Counted from the first letter of the stretch, positions 38,063-48,747 are shown. The stretch is 64,000 bases of DNA from Candidatus Latescibacterota bacterium (GCA_965219995.1 CBDCOX010000002.1:3552001-3616000), one strand, 5' to 3'. The notes: generated by a model not told the origin, from the letters alone. Made by a program: numbers and translations.

Positions 38063-41000
38063 ATGAACTGGATGAAAAACCTGCTCATCGGCGCGGCCGG
38101 CGTTCTGGCAATCGCGGGCATTTCGGAATCCTCGAGTGACAAAATTCTCACCGCCAGGTCGGCAGGTGGCGAGTATCTGGCCTATGCTGTCCGGCGGGGC
38201 GACGGGTCGATTTCGATATCGGAAATATGGGTTGCCTCGCAACACGACAGCAGCGCCCGGAAGATCGCGGCTTATCCGGGAGAACCCGGCAGTCTCAGTT
38301 TCGATCCGGACGGAAGCGCGCTGATCTATCTCGAGCGAAGCCTGCGGCGGGAAGCGTGGGGGTCGTATTTCTACGGCGGGCAGTCGCTGCCGATTACGAG
38401 AAACAGAATCCGGAAGTTGAGCCTGGACGGCAGGAGAGAGGAAACCTGGCCGCTCCCGGACGACTTTCAACCCCTCGAATTCGCGCCTTCTCCCGATGGA
38501 CGGTCGTTGGCGATTGTCGGGTATCGAGGGAATCCGTTCGAGCGTGTCGGCCACGGCCTTTGGGTCGCGGACGATCGCGGCGGCGTCAGGCCCCTGTTCG
38601 AGGGAAACGCCGCGGGCCCGTTAAACTGGTCGCCTGACGGGACATCGGTACTCTTCCGTATGGCGGATGGCTCGGGATCGTTCCGTGCTGACGTCGCCTC
38701 CGGGGAGAACTTTCGATCTGATCCGCGCAATGATATACCAAAAAGAGTATATCTAGATCGGGAGGCCGTGTTCCGGCGGAATCCAGACGCGGTTCGCGGC
38801 AGGGACGACACGATCGGTTCCGCCCTGGGGGTGATCGGCACCGGCCTGGATCTGTTCATTCGCGGCAGAAATGCGCTCCACAGAGGAAACGAAGCCAGCG
38901 CGGTAAAACTGTTCCAGCAGGCCAGGGGTGCGTTCAAGAAGCTCTTTGACCGGGCGCCGAAGTACGGGATGTCCAGGAAGGGCTGGGAAAGGTATATCGA
39001 AGTCTGCGAAGACTGGATCGATGCAGCCGGCAACACGGCGCACAGACGCAACTGCCAGGAGCGCCTGACGGGGATGCTCCGGTTGATCGTGGAGTTCGAG
39101 CATGACCGGAACGGGGACGAACCGGCGGACCTTGATGAATTGCATCAGTGGGCGACGCGGAGAATCGTTGAAGAGACGCCGGCCGGAAAGGAACTGGATG
39201 ACAGGAAGGCGATCCTTGGCGTGCTGTTCTCCTGCCCGTCAAACCGGGACTACGCATTTCTCAGCGATTACCTGTATAAGCATCCAGGGTTGCCCGGCGC
39301 GCCGGTCCTGGCCTGTTTCTGGCACCGCGGCGAACAGGTCGCCGGCATTGCCGGACGCGATGGCGGCCGCACGGAAATTTCGCGCATTCCCGCAGCGACG
39401 GTCGACAGCCTGGCATCCAGCGGGCGCCGCGGCATGGACGCGAATAAGCTGGACCGGGCGCGCCTGATCTACCGGAACGTCGCGCGTCAACGGCCGAAAG
39501 AACCGGACGCATATATCCACCTGGGTCACATTCTCCTTGAATTGAAACGATTCGAGGAATCGAAAGACGCGTTTCACCGCGCCATGACCCTGGGAAGCAA
39601 AGCGCGTGCCCACCACGGCCTTGGAATGCTCTACGCCACGTGGCCGATGCAGCGCCATTTCGCAATTCACCACTTTACAGAGGCGCTGGTCAGGGACCGG
39701 GACTTTGTGGACGCTCGATATCGGATGGCCAGAGTCCGTTATGAGATGAAACAGCGCGACGCGGAGCTGGAGCTGAAGCGGGTCCTGAAAATGGACCCCG
39801 GCCACGCGGGCGCCTATCTTATGATCGCGGACTACTATTTGAATCTATCGTGGGAATTCGAAAAGGCCGTTGTCTGGTATACGAAATACCTCGCGCTTCG
39901 TCCGGAAGACGCCGACGCGCAGCGAAGGCTGGGGGTTGCATACCTGAAGGTCAAAGAGTATTCGAAGATTATGGACCACCTGCTGGACTTCGTGAGAAAG
40001 TACCCGGAAGCCATCGAATTGATGCCCATTGTCGCCATTTCCGCCATGGAACAGGAAGAGCCGGCAATGGCAATGGCGTTCTTCGAAGACTACATTGACA
40101 AACTTGCGCCGGATGAAAGACGGTTCTATGAAGATATATCGCTGGTTGCCTCCGGCGAGGAACTCAGGACGTGCAACGAGGCACTGGGCGCCGACCGTGA
40201 GACCTGTTTGCAGCGATTCTGGAATGGAAAGGACCCGGACCTGTCCACGGCCGTGAACGAGCGGCTGCTGGAACACTACCGAAGGGTCTGGCACGCGCTG
40301 ACGGAATTCTCGGAAGGAAGGCAGCCGTGGGACGCCAGGGGTGACGTCTATGTCCGATTCGGAGAACCCGATCACCGGGCCAGGTCGGACGAACCCAACT
40401 TCAAGCAGAGCCTGAAAGTGCAGCGGGTCAAGGAGCGGCTCGCGTTCAATATCTACAAGGGCGACGTCCGCGCGCACACGTTCGTCGGCCCGGTATATCC
40501 CGTTCGCAGCCTGAAACAACTGGAAGGCGCGTGGTACGAACTGAAAGAATTCACAATAGAGAACGCAGATCCATCGGCGTGTGAGATTGCCGGCCTGACG
40601 AACGAAGGTGCGGAGGCGGCCGACGCCGACCTCTATCAAGATGGAGGAAGCGAGTCTTTTTTCGTCAATGACGATTCCTTGAAGATCGGCATTCTGTCGC
40701 TCGACGAACGCCTGGGCTTCGGCGACTATCACCCCGTTACTTCCGACGAAGACCGGAGCACGGTCCCCTGGGAAACGTGGATCTATACCGATGCCGGCGG
40801 CGGTATTGAAATCACCTTTACTGATGAAATCGGATCCGGAAACTACGATTACGCGCCTGTTCCGCCGAACCAGGGGGATATTTCGATCGGCGAAACCGCC
40901 GCCCTGAGCAGGCACGCGCCCCATTCCGTATACCGGCGTGCGGCGCGGGCAACGCCCGATTTCTATGCGCCCGGTCATGAGACACCGCCTCTCGACTTCC

Positions 41001-41800
41001 ACTACGCTCTGGCCGACTTCAGCGGCGATGACGACAATAGCCTTCTCGAAATCTACTACGGCGTCCCCATTCTGCCGGCCCATTACCACGCGGAAGAGGA
41101 CGTCACGCGGCAGGTCCTGACCCACCATGCGGCGCTGATTTCCTCCTCGCTGGACACGGTCTACAGGCAGTCGGACGAGATGGTCTACGAAGCCGTCGGA
41201 AACCGGGCCGGGGAGGGTCTCATGGCGCCGGACGTCCTGAAGCTGGATCTGCCGCCCGGCGACTACCGGCTGGAGGTCAAGTCGCAGGACCGCCTGAGAG
41301 GACGAATGGGCATCTATCAACAGCGAGTGGTCGTGGAACCCTACGGAGAAGATCGACTGCAGGTCAGCGATCTCGAACTGGCCTGGCGGGTTGGCGCGGA
41401 AGAGGCGAACGGAAAGTTTGCCAAAGGAGGTCTGACCGTCGTCCCGATGCCTTCCCGGACTTACAGGAAGGGCCAGAGCGTGTTCGTATACTACGAGATC
41501 TACAACCTGGAGAAAGACGAATTCGGACAGACCGGTTACAACGTCTCCTACACCATCACCTCGAAAGATCGCGACGGGGAGGCGGGAAACATCTCGCGCC
41601 TGTTCCGTTGGAGAGCCGGCAGACGCGAGGAGCTGGCCGTTGCGTACGAACAGATCGGCACGGACGCTCGCGAGAACGAATACGTCGAACTCGCGCTGGA
41701 TGAACAGGTACCAGGGCGATATTCGCTCAAAGTATCGATTAACGACAAAAACAGCGGCGAATCAGCGGAGAAAGAGGCGACGTTCGTCATCTCGCGATAG
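38063..41800 (+). CDS. Large secreted propeller-like / TPR / GWxTD-family protein (long type B')
   Basis: Signal peptide; PSPDG/WSPDG repeats; PWDARGDVYVRFGEPD. Paralog of 18085-21864. Confidence 0.87.
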   Translation: MNWMKNLLIGAAGVLAIAGISESSSDKILTARSAGGEYLAYAVRRGDGSISISEIWVASQHDSSARKIAAYPGEPGSLSFDPDGSALIYLERSLRREAWGSYFYGGQSLPITRNRIRKLSLDGRREETWPLPDDFQPLEFAPSPDGRSLAIVGYRGNPFERVGHGLWVADDRGGVRPLFEGNAAGPLNWSPDGTSVLFRMADGSGSFRADVASGENFRSDPRNDIPKRVYLDREAVFRRNPDAVRGRDDTIGSALGVIGTGLDLFIRGRNALHRGNEASAVKLFQQARGAFKKLFDRAPKYGMSRKGWERYIEVCEDWIDAAGNTAHRRNCQERLTGMLRLIVEFEHDRNGDEPADLDELHQWATRRIVEETPAGKELDDRKAILGVLFSCPSNRDYAFLSDYLYKHPGLPGAPVLACFWHRGEQVAGIAGRDGGRTEISRIPAATVDSLASSGRRGMDANKLDRARLIYRNVARQRPKEPDAYIHLGHILLELKRFEESKDAFHRAMTLGSKARAHHGLGMLYATWPMQRHFAIHHFTEALVRDRDFVDARYRMARVRYEMKQRDAELELKRVLKMDPGHAGAYLMIADYYLNLSWEFEKAVVWYTKYLALRPEDADAQRRLGVAYLKVKEYSKIMDHLLDFVRKYPEAIELMPIVAISAMEQEEPAMAMAFFEDYIDKLAPDERRFYEDISLVASGEELRTCNEALGADRETCLQRFWNGKDPDLSTAVNERLLEHYRRVWHALTEFSEGRQPWDARGDVYVRFGEPDHRARSDEPNFKQSLKVQRVKERLAFNIYKGDVRAHTFVGPVYPVRSLKQLEGAWYELKEFTIENADPSACEIAGLTNEGAEAADADLYQDGGSESFFVNDDSLKIGILSLDERLGFGDYHPVTSDEDRSTVPWETWIYTDAGGGIEITFTDEIGSGNYDYAPVPPNQGDISIGETAALSRHAPHSVYRRAARATPDFYAPGHETPPLDFHYALADFSGDDDNSLLEIYYGVPILPAHYHAEEDVTRQVLTHHAALISSSLDTVYRQSDEMVYEAVGNRAGEGLMAPDVLKLDLPPGDYRLEVKSQDRLRGRMGIYQQRVVVEPYGEDRLQVSDLELAWRVGAEEANGKFAKGGLTVVPMPSRTYRKGQSVFVYYEIYNLEKDEFGQTGYNVSYTITSKDRDGEAGNISRLFRWRAGRREELAVAYEQIGTDARENEYVELALDEQVPGRYSLKVSINDKNSGESAEKEATFVISR

Positions 41801-41830
41801 GTTCTACCTACCCCCTTTCCCCCATCCCGG

Positions 41831-42009
41831 GGTGAGACGTGAGACGCAAGACGGTAGATGAGAGACTGAAACCGGTGAGAGGGTAGAGGGTAGACGGTAG
41901 ATGACATCTTTGCCAGATTGGTTTCTCCTTTATGCCTGCGGCAAGAGATGATACCGCACAGGCACTCACATCCTCTCCCGTCTTACGTCTCCCGTCTCAC
42001 CGCCTTTAT
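41831..42009. repeat. Heptamer-ended MITE-like element
   Basis: Starts ggtgagacgtgagacg...gacggtagatg and ends ...cgtcttacgtctcccgtctcaccgccttta (inverted heptamer arms). Homologs near 43140-43696, 60446-60845 and 63941. Confidence 0.75.
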
Positions 42010-42052
42010 CGGTGAGGGGCTGCGGGGGGAGGACGCTGAGGAAGGACACCGA

Positions 42053-43135
42053 ATGTCCGGAAAAACAGGTTCCGCGCTGGTTTTTATTTCGCTCTTGACG
42101 GGCTGCGGCAATCCCGTGCCCACGTCCCCGGAGGCGACAAGCGATCTGCAGGGGTTTGAAGTCGCGGGAACGATGACGGAGAGGCGGTTCTGGCACGCGG
42201 CGGTCCTCCTGCAGGACGGCAAGGTGCTCATCACGGGCGGCGCCGCAACGGACAGTCCGGGTAATGTGCCTTCGTCGCTGTTTCGCTCCAGCACGGAAAT
42301 ATTCGATCCCGTAACGGGCACTTCGAGCAGAAGGGGCGACATGTCCCGGGCTCGCGCACTCGACATGGGAATCCTGCTGCCGGACGGACGTGTCCTGATC
42401 GCAGGCGCTGCTCAGGCCCCTCCGGAAATCTACAATCCGCAAACCGGGCGAATCACACCCGAGCCGTATGAGCCCGCCTTCGCGATCATCTCGTCGATGA
42501 CGCTGCTGACCAATGGGAAGATCCTGACCTATACCTCGCTGGGCGTCGCCACATTCGATCCCGACACCGGGGGGTTCGTGGCGCTGCCGGGTACGGTCCG
42601 CATTCGAAGAGGCCACACGGCGACCCGGCTGCGGGATGGGCGCGTACTCATCGCCGGCGGCAGTAATACCTCGGGTATGGTGAATGAATGCGAGATCTAC
42701 GATCCGTCGTCCAATACGCTTACGCCCACAGGCGACTTGAGATACGAACGGCGAGAACACAGCGCGATTCTCCTGGGGGACGGCAGCGTGTTGGTCATTG
42801 GCGGGAACACCGACGACGAGGGATCTGAAGTGTCGGTTACGGCCGCCGAGCGGTACGATCCTGCGACAGGGATGTTTTCATCGGAAGGGGATCCGGGACT
42901 CGAGCTGATTCACGCCGCTACGTTACTGCGATCGGGAGACGTGTTCATCATTGGAGATAGCGGCGAGGTCATTCTCTACGATCCCGCTACCGGTGCGTTC
43001 GGCCCGACCGGAGACAGCATAGGCGAGAATCGCGCGTTTTATACCACAACGCTGCTTCCCGACGGCCGCGTGCTGATTGCCGGTGGATTGAAGGACCTCG
43101 AGGCGACGGATCAGGTTCTGATCTACAACCCCTAG
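42053..43135 (+). CDS. Kelch-like beta-propeller lipoprotein 3
   Basis: Lipobox LTGC; Kelch-type repeats; resembles lipoprotein 1. Confidence 0.87.
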   Translation: MSGKTGSALVFISLLTGCGNPVPTSPEATSDLQGFEVAGTMTERRFWHAAVLLQDGKVLITGGAATDSPGNVPSSLFRSSTEIFDPVTGTSSRRGDMSRARALDMGILLPDGRVLIAGAAQAPPEIYNPQTGRITPEPYEPAFAIISSMTLLTNGKILTYTSLGVATFDPDTGGFVALPGTVRIRRGHTATRLRDGRVLIAGGSNTSGMVNECEIYDPSSNTLTPTGDLRYERREHSAILLGDGSVLVIGGNTDDEGSEVSVTAAERYDPATGMFSSEGDPGLELIHAATLLRSGDVFIIGDSGEVILYDPATGAFGPTGDSIGENRAFYTTTLLPDGRVLIAGGLKDLEATDQVLIYNP

Positions 43136-43138
43136 CGT

Positions 43139-43776
43139 CTAACGGCGGTGAGACGTAAGACGTTAGACGGTAGACGAAATGCTTGCCCGATTGATTCTCT
43201 CTTAATGCCTCGGGCAAGAAGTGAAACTGCAGAGGGCAAAAAACCCGTTAGACGCAAGACGGTAGACGGTAGAAAAAAGCGGTAAGACGTGAGACGGTAG
43301 ACGGTAGATGACATCTTTGCCAGATTGGTTTCTCCTTAATGCCTGCGGCAAGAGATGATACCGAACAGGCACTCACATCATCTCCCCTCTTACGTCTAAC
43401 GTCTCCCCGCCTTTAGGGACCTACCCCCTTCCCCCCTTCCTGAAGGAAGGGGGGAACTGCGATCCCCTCGCGGTGTCCTGGTTGTCTCCCCCTCTCCCCC
43501 CGGGAGAGGGGGCTGGGGGGAGAGGTCTGCGTAAATTCGGTGAGACGTAAGAGGGTAGACGGTAGAGGAAAACGTTACCAAGATGTTTTCACGCTAACCG
43601 TGCCTGTTTCTTTACCGACTATGGTAACGACGAGAAAAACCGCAGGGCACTCATGTCATCTCCCGTCTCCCGTCTAACGTCTCCCCGCCTTTAGGGTATT
43701 TGGGGAGATGTAAATGTTGAATTTGAAGTTGATCTTCGTCTCTTGCTTCAAGCTGACGGCTGATCGCTGAGAGCTT
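43139..43776. repeat. Composite repeat region (heptamer MITEs, GC hairpin module, tcagc heptamers)
   Basis: Multiple agacggt/gagacgt arms; ccccttcctgaaggaagggg and ccctctccc..gggagaggg hairpins; gctgacggctgatcgctga. Inverted homolog at 60220-60845. Confidence 0.75.
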
Positions 43777-43818
43777 ATTGCTGACCTTAGCCGTCCAGGG
43801 AAGTGGTCGAATTCCGCT

Positions 43819-45378
43819 ATGTTGCGTCTCTGTCTCTGCATTTTTTTTTACGTTGCCTTCGCGTGGATAGAAGACTCTGCCGCATCTGAAAGGAAACCCC
43901 CGATCGTCCCGTTCGAGGGTCCTGTGAGTACCGACTGGTACGCGGCTTTTGTAGATTGGGATCAAGCGTACGGGGACAATTATCTGAACGGCCGCGACGG
44001 GGGATCGTTAGCCTGGGGTCCTTCGGCCTACGTGCAGAGGATGTATCTGAACCTCTATCGGACGTTTGACGATAAGGTCTGGCTCGATAAACTGGTAAAA
44101 CAGATCGACCGCATTCTGACGGCCCGCTCGGACGTGCCGCCGTATGAAGGGTACGATTCAAGGTACGTGGACGGTTACAGGGGTTGGGGACAGAACCGCT
44201 ACCGCCAGTACGAGCCCGAATATACCGAATGGCTTTCTGACGACGGGTTGATTATCAGCCCCATCCTGGCATTCGTGGAACTCGTCTGGGGCGATCCGTA
44301 CCTCCACACGGCCTATAAGGCCAAAGCGGATGACTACCTCCGCGCTGTGGAAGCGGACGTGATTGCGAAATGGTACGCCAACTGGGCGCCGGATCCCGGG
44401 TGGACGGAAGAGGACAACAGCCGCTACCGCGAAGACGCGGGGTACCACGTGTACGAATGGTCCGGATGGCAACGCCAGCCGCTGAATATGTACCTTTCGT
44501 TTACGGACGCGCTGATAACGCTCCGTCGACTTTCAGAATCGCCTTTTTACAAACCTTACAAGGAGGCCTTCGTACCGTTCTACGCTGAACAGAGCGAGCA
44601 GATGATGCGGTACTTTCGCCGTCAACTCTCGTACGATGCGGAAGCGGATGCCTATGCATGGAAATACGGTCCCGAGAGCCACTGGCCCGACTTGATGGAG
44701 GACGTCGGGCATGCCTTTATCGACATCCAGGCGGCGCTTCAGGGGGCACAGAGCGGGCTGAGTTTCGCCCGGCGAGATCTTGAGAGGATGGCCAATACGT
44801 TCGTCCACTATGTCTGGAACGGGAGCCTCGAGGAGCCGGCATTCAGGTACTACATCGGCGGCCCGCCGGATAAGCTCGACGCGGAACGGGGCTTCAGGGG
44901 GTGGGGCTTTCTCTACCTGGCAGGATACGACTACCGGATCTGGGAATCGATGGCCGCGTACTTCGAAGAGAAGGTTTCAATGCAGGGCGCACCGTCGCAT
45001 ATTGCGGCAACGGCCGCGATGTTTGCCATATCCATGCAGGCGCACGACCGATGGGCGCCCGGCGCTCCGCTGCACGTCGAAGTTATTCGCAGCGGACAGG
45101 ACGCGCGGATTTCGTGGCGTCGTCCGGAAACCGATGCCGACGGCACCGCGCTTACCGGGCTTAAAGGATACATCGTGCACCGGGCATCCGCGCCGCAGGG
45201 GCCCTTCGACGCGCTGAACGAGGACCCCCTGGCCGCCACGCACTATGTGGATCGCGGCGCGGGATCCGGACCCTTTTGCTTTCGGATCACCGCCGTCGAT
45301 TACCGGCGACCCCCGAATGAGGGTCCCCCGTCCGCGACCGTGACGACGTCGAACCGTCTTCCTTGTCCAGGGCCCTGA
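43819..45378 (+). CDS. Secreted aromatic-rich helical protein with C-terminal fibronectin type III domain
   Basis: Signal peptide; W/Y-rich predicted helical core; C-terminal PGAP...ISW...GYIVHR...YVD...RITAVD...NEGPPS FN3 pattern. Confidence 0.7.
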   Translation: MLRLCLCIFFYVAFAWIEDSAASERKPPIVPFEGPVSTDWYAAFVDWDQAYGDNYLNGRDGGSLAWGPSAYVQRMYLNLYRTFDDKVWLDKLVKQIDRILTARSDVPPYEGYDSRYVDGYRGWGQNRYRQYEPEYTEWLSDDGLIISPILAFVELVWGDPYLHTAYKAKADDYLRAVEADVIAKWYANWAPDPGWTEEDNSRYREDAGYHVYEWSGWQRQPLNMYLSFTDALITLRRLSESPFYKPYKEAFVPFYAEQSEQMMRYFRRQLSYDAEADAYAWKYGPESHWPDLMEDVGHAFIDIQAALQGAQSGLSFARRDLERMANTFVHYVWNGSLEEPAFRYYIGGPPDKLDAERGFRGWGFLYLAGYDYRIWESMAAYFEEKVSMQGAPSHIAATAAMFAISMQAHDRWAPGAPLHVEVIRSGQDARISWRRPETDADGTALTGLKGYIVHRASAPQGPFDALNEDPLAATHYVDRGAGSGPFCFRITAVDYRRPPNEGPPSATVTTSNRLPCPGP

Positions 45379-45637
45379 CGCCGGTCAGCGAGACAGGCGG
45401 TCGGTCCGGGAGGGGCCGCGGCCGACAACGATTGCGAGATCGATAAATTATCTTATATTTGCATAATCTTCTCTTATTTCGGCAATATTTATCGTGATTT
45501 TAGATAAAATTGCATCGCAGACTGCCAGTTTGCGAAACGGATAACCTCACCTCGCGGTTTACCGTAGCCAGGAGTTTTCGAAAAGAAATCAGCATACATG
45601 CCGTCACAGTTCGACAACCTTCGGAGGGAGCAGGGAA

Positions 45638-46294
45638 ATGGAAGGGCGGGTTACATCGGTGTCAGAAGTGGTTCGCAGCACCGTGCCGGATGAGAATTTC
45701 CAGACCAAATCGGATGAGCATTCCTCAGATTATGGCGTGTCCCGGTCCTTGACCGCGCTGCGTTGTTCTCACGAAGTCACGCAGGCCGAACTTGCGGAAC
45801 GGGCGGGTTGCACGCAGAGCAAAATCTCGAGAATTGAGAACAGCCCGAATGATCGGCTGAAATTGGAAGACCTGGCGATGTACGCACGGGCTTTCAACCT
45901 GCGAGTCTCCATTGGCTTCGAGCAGAAATTGCCCGCGGCGGACGTCATCGGAAGCCTGGCGCGCCAGATCCGGAACAGCCTCGACGACGTGGCTGAGAAG
46001 GCACAGAACGAAGGGGCGGCCGAGCGGGGCGCCGAACGGTCTTATGAAGAATTCCTGTTCAACATGCTCGATCTGTTTATGGACAAGCTGGAGGCGCTCC
46101 GGTCGCGCCGCAACGGATCCGCGGAATCAGGGGTGGCGACGAGGGCGGAAAACGGAAGACCGGAGGATCCCGCGGGCAAGAGCGAAGCGCTGACCCGTGG
46201 GCGACGGGAGAACGGGTTTCCGGGATTCAGAATATCCACGCCAATCGACATCAGCCAGGAGAACGGCAGGGCCGAATCCCAACCCGAGAAATGA
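45638..46294 (+). CDS. XRE-family helix-turn-helix protein
   Basis: LTALRCSHEVTQAELAERAGCTQSKISRIEN. Confidence 0.8.
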   Translation: MEGRVTSVSEVVRSTVPDENFQTKSDEHSSDYGVSRSLTALRCSHEVTQAELAERAGCTQSKISRIENSPNDRLKLEDLAMYARAFNLRVSIGFEQKLPAADVIGSLARQIRNSLDDVAEKAQNEGAAERGAERSYEEFLFNMLDLFMDKLEALRSRRNGSAESGVATRAENGRPEDPAGKSEALTRGRRENGFPGFRISTPIDISQENGRAESQPEK

Positions 46295-46393
46295 CGAAGC
46301 CGATCTGAAGGTGGGGCGGACATTCCTGCCCGCCTCGCCGGCCCGATTGCGTAGACTTCTCACTCACAGTACCGTTGACGCGGGGGAAAGAAG

Positions 46394-47497
46394 ATGACCG
46401 CCCGAATTGGAATCGCGCTGTTTGTTATTTCCGGTTTGTGTGCCTGTGGTGGGGATTCGCTGACGACGCCGGAGCAGCCGGACCTGGAGAGGGGTCTCCA
46501 CGAGGTCGGCGCTATGAATCACCGGCGGGGCATGCACGTCGCAACGTTATTGCAGAGTGGCAAGGTCCTGATCGCAGGCGGCTACAGAGAACTGCTCCCC
46601 AATATCGCAGACGAATCGAATCGCCATATCAGCGCGGAGATATTCGATCCTGAAACCGGGATTTCATCGCCAACGGGGAACCTGACCGTGGGTCGTTACA
46701 ATGACAAGGGAATCCTGCTTCTGGACGGACGCGTACTGATTATGTCGCGGCTTGGTCGTTTCCCCATTGAATACTACGATCCAGGCGCAGGCAGCTTCAA
46801 CGCCGTGGCGACCGTTCCCGCGAATCCGGCCATCGCGACGGCAACCCTGCTGCCCAGCGGAAAGGTCTTTGCAACGAACCCGCAGCACACGGGTGTCTTC
46901 GACCCCGGGACCGGGACATTTCCCTCGATCGCCGCGACGGACGATCGCAGCTTCGGCCATACGTCGACGCTGTTGAAGGACGGTCGCGTGCTGATCGTTG
47001 GCGGAACGCGCGGCCGACCTGAAGACGGTTTGGTCGGACGGAATCTGATTTTCGATCCCTCGTCGAGCGCGTTTACGAAAGCCGGCGAATTACAGTTCGA
47101 CCGCTCGGCCCATAAAGCGGTGCTTCTCCAGGATGGCAGGGTCCTGATCGCGGGCGGCCTGAAGGCCGATCAGCAGACTCACGTACAGAAGGCCGAGATC
47201 TACGACCCTGCAACGAACACGTTTTCACCGGCCGGAGCTTCCCTCATCCAGCCGGTCGCAGCCACGCTGCTTCCGACCGGCAAGGTATTTCTCATCCACC
47301 GGCTCAATGGCGATATCGTGCTGTACGATCCCGCCACACATACATTTGCGCCTACCGGACACAGCCTGGGGTCGCTGCGGCAGTGGGCAACGGTTACACT
47401 GCTTGAAGACGGCCGTGTCATGGTCGCCGGTGGGATCAGGGTGACGCAAAACGACAATTGGGAGATGACGGACCAAATCTTCATCTTTACGCCTTAA
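46394..47497 (+). CDS. Kelch-like beta-propeller lipoprotein 4
   Basis: Lipobox LCAC; Kelch-type repeats; ends IFIFTP. Confidence 0.88.
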   Translation: MTARIGIALFVISGLCACGGDSLTTPEQPDLERGLHEVGAMNHRRGMHVATLLQSGKVLIAGGYRELLPNIADESNRHISAEIFDPETGISSPTGNLTVGRYNDKGILLLDGRVLIMSRLGRFPIEYYDPGAGSFNAVATVPANPAIATATLLPSGKVFATNPQHTGVFDPGTGTFPSIAATDDRSFGHTSTLLKDGRVLIVGGTRGRPEDGLVGRNLIFDPSSSAFTKAGELQFDRSAHKAVLLQDGRVLIAGGLKADQQTHVQKAEIYDPATNTFSPAGASLIQPVAATLLPTGKVFLIHRLNGDIVLYDPATHTFAPTGHSLGSLRQWATVTLLEDGRVMVAGGIRVTQNDNWEMTDQIFIFTP

Positions 47498-47615
47498 GCG
47501 CGATCTCAATCTGAGGAATCCGTAGCGAAGGTGGGGCGGACATTCCTGTCTGCCCGCGTCGCCAGGCGCCTCTCGTAGAAGACTCACGGAAAGACAGTAG
47601 AAATGGAGGAAGAAG

Positions 47616-48737
47616 ATGACAGCCCGAATCGCAATAGCATTGTTGGGGATCTCAAGCTTCTGGGCTTGCGGGAGCGACTCGGTGACGGCACCGGAGCCGC
47701 CGGCCCATGAAAGGGGTCTCCACGAGGTTGGCGCGATGACCCGGCCGCGCTTTGAGCACGCAGCGACGTTATTACAAAGTGGAAAGGTCCTGATCGCCGG
47801 GGGCAACGCGGAAATACCTCCTTCTGAACCTGGAGTACCTTTCAGGTCCAGCGGTCTTGTCAGCGCGGAGATCTTCGATCCTGAAACCGGGGTCTCAACA
47901 CCAACGGGAGACCTGACCGCAAGTCGATGGGACGACCACGGCATATTGCTTCCCGAAGGACGGGTCCTGATGATATCCAGATTTCTTAGACTCCCCATTG
48001 AGATGTACGACCCCCACTCCGGTAGATTCGATTCCGCAGCAAACGCGCCGTGGTCAAATGGAACGAGTACTGCCACGCTGTTGCCCAACGGAGAGGTCCT
48101 TTTAATCGGAGGGTCATCCGCGGGTCGCGCACGTGTCCTCGATCCCGCTTCAGGCACACTTTCCGACACATTCAGGATGGACCATCCCGGATATGGCCAT
48201 ACGGCCACTTTGCTGAAGGACGGCCGCGTGCTGATCGTTGGAGGAGCCCGCAGGGGAGTCGAGTTGACGGGACGGAATCTGATCTACGATCCCTCATCCG
48301 AAGCCTTTTCAAGAGCAGGCGACCTGCAGTTCGACCGCGCACACCACAAGGCGGTGCTCCTTCAGGACGGCAGGGTGCTGATCGTCGGCGGCCACGTCGG
48401 AGACGGGCCTCGCGTACAGACGGCCGAGATCTACGATCCCGAAACAGACACCTTCTCGCCCGCCGGAACTTCCGCAGTGCATCCGTTGGCCGCCCTGCTG
48501 CTGCCGTCCGGCAGGGTATTTTTCATTCATTCAGACAACGGTAATATCTCTCTTTATAATCCGGATACTCAAGTATTTTCGCCGCCTACAGGGTATAGTC
48601 TAGGTCCGTGGCGAAACGGGGCGACGGTAACGCTCCTCGATGACGGCCGCGTGCTTATCGCCGGCGGATTGAAGACGGCGGATGACAGTCATTCTCATGA
48701 GTCGATTTCGGATAAGATTTTCATCTTCACGCCCTGA
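47616..48737 (+). CDS. Kelch-like beta-propeller lipoprotein 5
   Basis: FWAC lipobox-like motif; GGAGG RBS; Kelch repeats. Confidence 0.88.
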   Translation: MTARIAIALLGISSFWACGSDSVTAPEPPAHERGLHEVGAMTRPRFEHAATLLQSGKVLIAGGNAEIPPSEPGVPFRSSGLVSAEIFDPETGVSTPTGDLTASRWDDHGILLPEGRVLMISRFLRLPIEMYDPHSGRFDSAANAPWSNGTSTATLLPNGEVLLIGGSSAGRARVLDPASGTLSDTFRMDHPGYGHTATLLKDGRVLIVGGARRGVELTGRNLIYDPSSEAFSRAGDLQFDRAHHKAVLLQDGRVLIVGGHVGDGPRVQTAEIYDPETDTFSPAGTSAVHPLAALLLPSGRVFFIHSDNGNISLYNPDTQVFSPPTGYSLGPWRNGATVTLLDDGRVLIAGGLKTADDSHSHESISDKIFIFTP

Positions 48738-48747
48738 GTGTACCGTG

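Noticed and set aside
43228-43270. c-di-GMP-I riboswitch-like words (gggcaaa...gacgcaa)
   Set aside because: The GAAA-capped stem is missing and the words belong to the heptamer MITE.
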